From positions 8,804,001 through 8,868,000 of the forward strand of contig NC_088791.1 of assembly GCF_011386835.1 (NCBI RefSeq): 64,000 nucleotides of DNA, in the 5' to 3' direction. Each line of letters starts with the position of its first letter. Position 1 is the first letter of the stretch. Origin of the DNA: Chrysemys picta bellii. Its lineage: Eukaryota. Shown here one piece after another: positions 58,104 to 64,000 of this stretch. The notes beneath the pieces were generated by a model, which was not told the DNA's origin, ran no database searches, and worked only from the letters and a program-made list of their open reading frames with translations. The translations under genes were made by a program, and so were the position numbers.

Positions 58104-59598
58104 TAGAATCATAGAATCATAGAATATCAGAGTTGGAAGGGACCTCAAGAGGTCATCTAGTCCAACCCCCTGCTCAAAGCAGGACCAATTCCCAGCTAAA
58201 TCATCCCAGCCAGGGCTTTGTCAAGCCAGGCCTTAAAAACCTCCAAGGAAGGAGACTCCACCACCTCCCTAGGTAACGCATTCCAATGTTTCACCACCCT
58301 CCTAGTGAAATAGTTTTTCCTGATATCCAACCTGGACCTCCCCCACTGCAACTTGAGACCATTGCTCCTTGTTCTGTCATCTGCCACCACTGAGAACAGC
58401 CGAGCTCCATCCTCTTTGGAACCCCCCTTCAGGTAGTTGAAGGCTGCTATCAAATCCCCCCTCATTCTTCTCTTCTGGAGACTAAACAATCCCAGTTCCC
58501 TCAGCCTCTCCTCATAAGTCATGTGCTCCAGACCCCTAATCATTTTTGTTGCCCTCCGCTGGACTCTTTCCAATTTTTCCACATCCTTCTTGTAGTGTGG
58601 GGACCAAAACTGGACACAGTATTCCAGATGAGGCCTCACCAATGTCGAATAAAGGGGAACGATCACGTTCCTCGATCTGCTGGCAATGCCCCTACTTATA
58701 CAGCCCAAAATGCCGTTAGCCTTCTTGGCAACAAGAGCACACTGTTGACTCATATCCAGCTTCTCGTCCACTGTGACCCCTAGGTCCTTTTCTGCAGAAC
58801 TGCTACCTAGCCATTCGGTCCCTAGTCTGTAGCAGTGCATGGGATTCTTCCGTCCTAAGTGCAGGACTCTGCACTTGTCCTTGTTGAACCTCATCAGGTT
58901 TTTTTCGGCCCAATCCTCTAATTTGTCTAGGTCCCTCTGTATCCGATCCCTACCCTCTAGTGTATCTACCACGCCTCCTAATTTAGTGTCATCTGCAAAC
59001 TTGCTGAGAGTGCAGTCCACACCATCCTCCCGATCATTAATAAAGATATTAAACAAAACCGGCCCCAGGACCGACCCTTGGGGCACTCCGCTTGAAACCG
59101 GCTGCCAACTAGACATGGAGCCATTGATCACTACCCATTGAGCCCGACGATCTAGCCAGCTTTCTATCCACCTTACAGTCCATTCATCCAGCCCATACTT
59201 CTTTAACTTGGCGGCAAGAATACTGTGGGAGACCGTAACAAAAGCTTTGCTAAAGTCAAGGAATAACACATCCACTGCTTTCCCCTCATCCACAGAGCCA
59301 GTTATCTCATCATAGAAGGCAATTAGGTTAGTCAGGCACGACTTCCCCTTCGTGAATCCATGCTGACTGTTCCTGATCACTTTCCTCTCCTCTAAATGTT
59401 TCATAATTGATTCCTTGAGTACCTGCTCCATGATTTTTCCAGGGACTGAGGTGAGGCTGACTGGCCTGTAGTTCCCCGGATCCTCCTTCTTCCCTTTTTT
59501 AAAGATGGGCACTACATTAGCCTTTTTCCAGTCATCTGGGACCTCCCCCGATCGCCATGAGTTTTCAAAAATAATGGCTAATGGCTCTGCAATCTCAC
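58104..59598 (-). mobile_element. Young 5'-truncated CR1 LINE with an uninterrupted RT/C-terminal frame
   Basis: ORF 58196-59602 ([56 protein letters not shown]); (ATTCTATG)n tail at 58104-58125. No endonuclease domain; the annotated start is not a real initiator. Confidence 0.97.
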
Positions 59599-60634
59599 CC
59601 AAGGAAGAGAGATTCAGTGTTCATGGTAATAAAGGTGAATCACAGAGTGTGAGGGGCAGGGGGAGCCCTGGAAGAGAACCACTGAAGGCAGAAAAGGGGT
59701 AACATTCTCTGACTTTTCAAACAAGCCAAGAATCTGACAGGCCCTAGAGGATTTTAGGTGCCTACTAGTAAATTTTAGATTACTCTTCTAAATAGAACAT
59801 AATCTCAAAATCACTAGAATGAGCACAGAATTCTCTGGCAGCCACCAGACTCCCAGCCTATTTGGAGAAATATCCTGCAGGTTGGTTCACTAGACTAAGT
59901 TCCTAGCTGTATGTGTTTTCTGCCCTGCTGGTGACTAAGCTCCTTTTCTCCATAGAGTTTCTGCTATTTATCAGTCAGGAATCAAAACGCTGATGCTTCA
60001 TACAGAGGTGCAATTAGTTGTCTCACCATCCAGTCCACCCACTGGGCCACTGTGTTGAACTGCCATTTATATAAATGGATGCTCAGGGATTCCACCTGTT
60101 ACACCCATCAGCACAGAAGGTATGTCGTGCTACAATCGCCTCATACAGTAGGCAGCAGTCAACAGGCTAAGTTTCTTGAGTCTGATTTTGAATTGGATTG
60201 TGAATGCTAAAGAAACACTTGCCACACCGGACAATACTCCCAGACAAGGCTGGACTAGAAGATTTTGAAGCTGATTACTCAACGGTAAAAAAAATAATGA
60301 GACAAAAATTACAACCGCAATATTAATAGCCTGCACTGTATATACGGATTTAAATAACATATGTGGAGGATACGTTTGAAACTCCTATTTTCATGTACTT
60401 AACAACCAGGCAAGATGAACTGAGACATAAAGCAGCAGTGCTATGCAGTATTTCCCAATCTATTACTGGGTTATTGTAAGGCATTACAAGCCACATTATC
60501 TCACAGTAAAAGACAAAAAGTTTAATAATGTTGTCAAAGGCACCAGAACCAGATCAAAACCTTGAACTAATTTTGTTAAATGTAATATATGTATAGCTTA
60601 TGCTATTATAAACAAAGTGCAAAGCTACATGATA

Positions 60635-60880
60635 GGGACTGTGTGTGGTCTAGTGGTGAAAGCAGGGGGCTAGAAGTCGGGACTCCTGGGTTTTATTCCC
60701 ACTATCTATGCCCTATATGAAATAGGGCAAGTAACTTCATAGCTCTGTGCCTTATTTTCCCCAAGCTGTCAAATGGGAATAATATAACTTGCTTCTCAGT
60801 ATGAGGCTTAATTTGTTAACGGCTGCAAAATGCTTTGAGATTCCTTTGATGAAAAGTGCAATAGAGATGCAAAACATTAT
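60635..60880 (+). mobile_element. MIR/CORE-SINE
   Basis: GTGTGGTCTAGTGGTGAAAGCAGGGGGCTAGAAGTCGGGACTCCTGGGTTTTATTCCC...GGGCAAGT.ACTTCA...CTCTGTGCCTT. Confidence 0.85.
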
Positions 60881-61769
60881 AGCCTGGCTTAAAACTGAAA
60901 CCAATGAATGAGTGACAAGAATGAATCAGAGTTATTCTACTGATACACAGGAAGAAACCACCTCCAGCTCACTCTCTCTCAGCTCTGCAAACCTACTGAG
61001 GACAATGAAACACCCACACTGCCACTGAAGGTATCATTTGAAGTTAATGGGATCTCACAGATGTAACTGAATGAGAACATAATTTGGTCTGAAAATCCTT
61101 CATTTCTGGTGATGATGTGTAAGGAGGAAAGAACCCAGTTTGACTCTTAGTCCTTAACTGGAATGGAAGATAATCGAAAATTGTTACTGATACCCAAACA
61201 TGGAAACCCATAATGATATTTTAACAATCGCTTTTCAGAGCAGAACTGCCTTTTAAGGTGAACATTTCTAAAGGAACTGGGTAGCTAAGCAAAAGCTTGG
61301 CTGGCAAATATAACAATAATTAGTTGAAGTATATGATAAACCATGAAGAGGAAGATCTTGAGGGTCTAGCATAAGTCTGCTTAGCAGAAGGTCTCTCAGT
61401 GACTGAACCAATCTGGTAGAACACTGGTCTTGTTTGTAGAAACAGCTGAGAGGAAGAATGAGGTGCCCAGCAACTTGGCTTCCAGAGTCATGTGGCTGCA
61501 AATAGTTCCTCCTGCTCTACTGGCATAAGCCACTGAATCACAATGGTCACAGAGGACTGGCATATGCTGTTTTATTAAGATGCCATATGGATGGCTCATA
61601 ATTCCAGTGTGTTGATGCCTACTGTCCTTGTGCTTCAGCCAGAACAGAACAACTTTGGCTGAAGTTATGCTAAATGAGCACTCCAGCCCTTAAGAATGAC
61701 GTCAGCAGCAACAAATCTCCACCATGAGGTGCAGTCCAATGGTCCGAGCTTTGGGCCAGCAACCCACGA

Positions 61770-61900
61770 AACCAGAGTTCTAATCCAGACCTTGAACAGG
61801 TCTTGCTTTGTGGTCGTGGCAAGTCACAACTTCTCTGTGTCTATTTCTACATCAGTAAAATGTGAGCAATACATCTAGCAACCACACACAAGTGCTGTGG
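61770..61900 (+). mobile_element. MIR/CORE-SINE fragment
   Basis: CCAGAGTTCTAATCCAGAC...GGCAAGTCACAACTTCTCTGTGTCT.TTTCT.CATCAGTAAAATG. Confidence 0.7.
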
Positions 61901-61944
61901 CGATTCACTAACAAATATAAAGAGCTATCTGTTCTATATCTATC

Positions 61945-62145
61945 TATAGGCCCCACTACCTTAGTATTTGAGCACCTCACAATCTTCAGTGTATTTATCC
62001 TCATCATCCTGTGGGCTAGGGAAGTGCTATTATTTTACAGACAGCGAACTGAGGGACACAAAGACTATGTGACTTGCCAAAGTCTTACAGGAAGTCTGAG
62101 GCACAGAAGGGAATTGAACCTGGGGTCCGAAATCTCAACCTGCCC
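61945..62145 (-). mobile_element. MIR/CORE-SINE
   Basis: TATTTTACAGACAGCGAACTGAGGGACACAAAGAC.ATGTGACTTGCCAAAGTC.TACAGGAAGTCTG...GGGAATTGAACCTGGG. Confidence 0.85.
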
Positions 62146-64000
62146 TAACTTATCCTCTCTTTATAAATATCATTACTAAACCTGGGGCAGTGAAGAGCAC
62201 CCAGTTCTTAGGTCCCAAAGGACAAATATCCATGAAGGCAAATCTGACATAGCCTCAGTTATGGTGATCATAGCAGATGCCCTTATTCTTCATGACATAC
62301 AGGAACCGTGACTGCACTCATGGTCCACAATGCATAGAAGAGAATCCGGAAGATCCTAGCACTTACAGCTCTTAATGGGCTGCTTTCTTGATTGCCTCAG
62401 AGTTGGGTTTTAAGTTACCAAGGATCTAGACATCAGGCTGGATTTATTCTGAAGAGAGAGAATTTAATGCTGTGGTGGAGGGTGGTAACAGGGCAAGAAA
62501 TGTAGCAGGGTAAAATGTAAAGTATTGTTAGAAATTTACTGTAGACCTATGACTTGCATATGCGACAACGCTCTGACGACCTGTACTTGGGATATTATCG
62601 GTTGTGATCTGCTAATGTGGTGTCTCAATGGAAACTGTTTAAATCCCAACTTATGGGACTCTGGAAAGCCTTGTCCATAGCTCTTGAACTGATGCTCCAG
62701 GTCTGTTCATGTGATGGAGATATTTCTTGACCTGCCCCTAAAAGCTGAGGGTTCAGCACCTCTCAGTATCAGGCCCAGTTTTTCTAGTAGGAAAAAGGTG
62801 GTCTACTTTCATTGGGCAGTCTTTTGAGGGGGGAAAGGTGAAAAGAGAGATGGGATCAGACAAGAATCTCAGGGCATTTGGATCTACTAAGCAAGAAACA
62901 GAAGAATTACAGCCATTCTTCTTGAAGTATGGTAGGAAGTGCAAGAAATTGCTGGGACTTAGGAATTTCTGAGGTATATTTATATATACACACGCACACC
63001 TGCATGAATGACAACAAAATTTCATTTCCATTCTAATGGCTTGAGCCAAATCCCCTTAAGTAATAACGTCCTTGTCCTGCATTAGTGGAGCAGTGGAATG
63101 TGACTGGAAGTGATTTGTGGAACTAGACAGTTCTTAATGTTATGTAAGACTCCATGACAGGTAACACATACTCTGAGAAAGAATGAGGCTGGGAGGAGCA
63201 GTGTGGTGCGGTGTGATGTTCCTAAATACTACTAGGAAATAATATCCCTCTCTGCCTGCCATGGAGTATATTCAAAACAGCCTGAAATGTCAAGCACATA
63301 GAGAAAAGTGAGTTAAAAGGGGCCCACTTGCTGGCATGCAGGGAAAGGCTATATTAATTGCCAAATTAACACTTCATATATTCATAGTTAATTTTGGCAA
63401 CTGATTTCAGTTGGGGGAGGAGGAGGGAAATTCTCCTGTCCTTCAAGTTACTAGACATGTATTAGGAATGACAGCCTATGATTGCTGCAGACAGCATCTA
63501 ATTAACTGTCATTATAAAACACATGTCAAAGCCTGGGGCCTATGCTGGATCTGCTGCCTAATTTAGCTCCAGAATATTAAAGTCCCCTTTCAAACAAGCT
63601 GGTGAATGAATTTTGTTGTCTTATGGAACAACCTGGTTCCCCCACAAGCCCCCTCTCCCTTTTGGTGTTCACATTTAAAACAAGTGATGGATTTAAAACC
63701 ACTTCCTTGCTGGCTTCTTACTAGTCAGCCTTAGAGAAGGACTGGAACACAAGTATGACATGAAAGTGGAAGCTGTCTGTAAAACTATTAGCTGTCTAAT
63801 GAAACAATTATATCTCAACAACAATGACCCTTACAGGGCTTATTTTCTTAGTACTACATCACACAGATCTTAGCTCTCTTTTTTATTAATTAGAGCAAGG
63901 CATAATTTTAACCGAGACACAGAGAGATTAATTTGTGGGGAAGAAGCAATATAAGCTTTGGACAGGAACTGATCAGCATTCAATGATAGGTACCTTGTAC

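Noticed and set aside
58196-59602. Autonomous CR1 or a host RT gene
   Set aside because: 5'-truncated with no ORF1, endonuclease or promoter; the start codon lies at the flank junction. Overlapping plus-strand ORFs are antisense shadows.
62520-62640. Possible snoRNA-like stretch
   Set aside because: No properly spaced C/D or H/ACA boxes with a terminal stem.
1-64000. Additional EXOC4 exons or a nested host gene
   Set aside because: No ORF or splice-bounded segment resembled the neighbouring EXOC4 peptides or any other protein I recognise. Small exons could be missed without alignment.

Overview
This is eukaryotic, repeat-rich genomic DNA, almost certainly from a turtle: it carries a tortoise Pol III/SINE, turtle-type CR1 LINEs, MIR/CORE-SINEs, an AmnSINE1-like piece, and hAT and PIF/Harbinger MITEs. 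The only host coding sequence I can support is one 220-bp minus-strand exon (20690-20909) of EXOC4/Sec8, so the rest is most likely two large EXOC4 introns. The most notable content is at least seven Penelope-like element (PLE) insertions, those retaining coding sequence being Neptune-type, with minimal hammerhead ribozyme motifs. Five are fold-back insertions, in which an inverted copy of the 3' end sits beside the main copy; three have exact 12-15 bp target-site duplications (TSDs), one a degenerate TSD and one none that is convincing. The youngest (20959-24104) has an intact RT + GIY-YIG frame and apparently identical 953-bp inverted arms. It lies 49 bp from the EXOC4 splice acceptor and places a hammerhead motif, an AATAAA and a junction-created stand-alone endonuclease ORF on the host sense strand. 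A 148-bp hairpin insertion (12963-13110) starts at the predicted ribozyme cleavage site. The window also has a solo LTR with a 20-unit CpG-rich minisatellite, a young 5'-truncated CR1 with an open RT frame, two L2 fossils and a 140-N assembly gap. Inverted pLTRs and PLE hammerheads are known individually; the new part here is inference about mechanism and host impact. Family names come from motif recognition, not database searches, and boundaries of old repeats are approximate.
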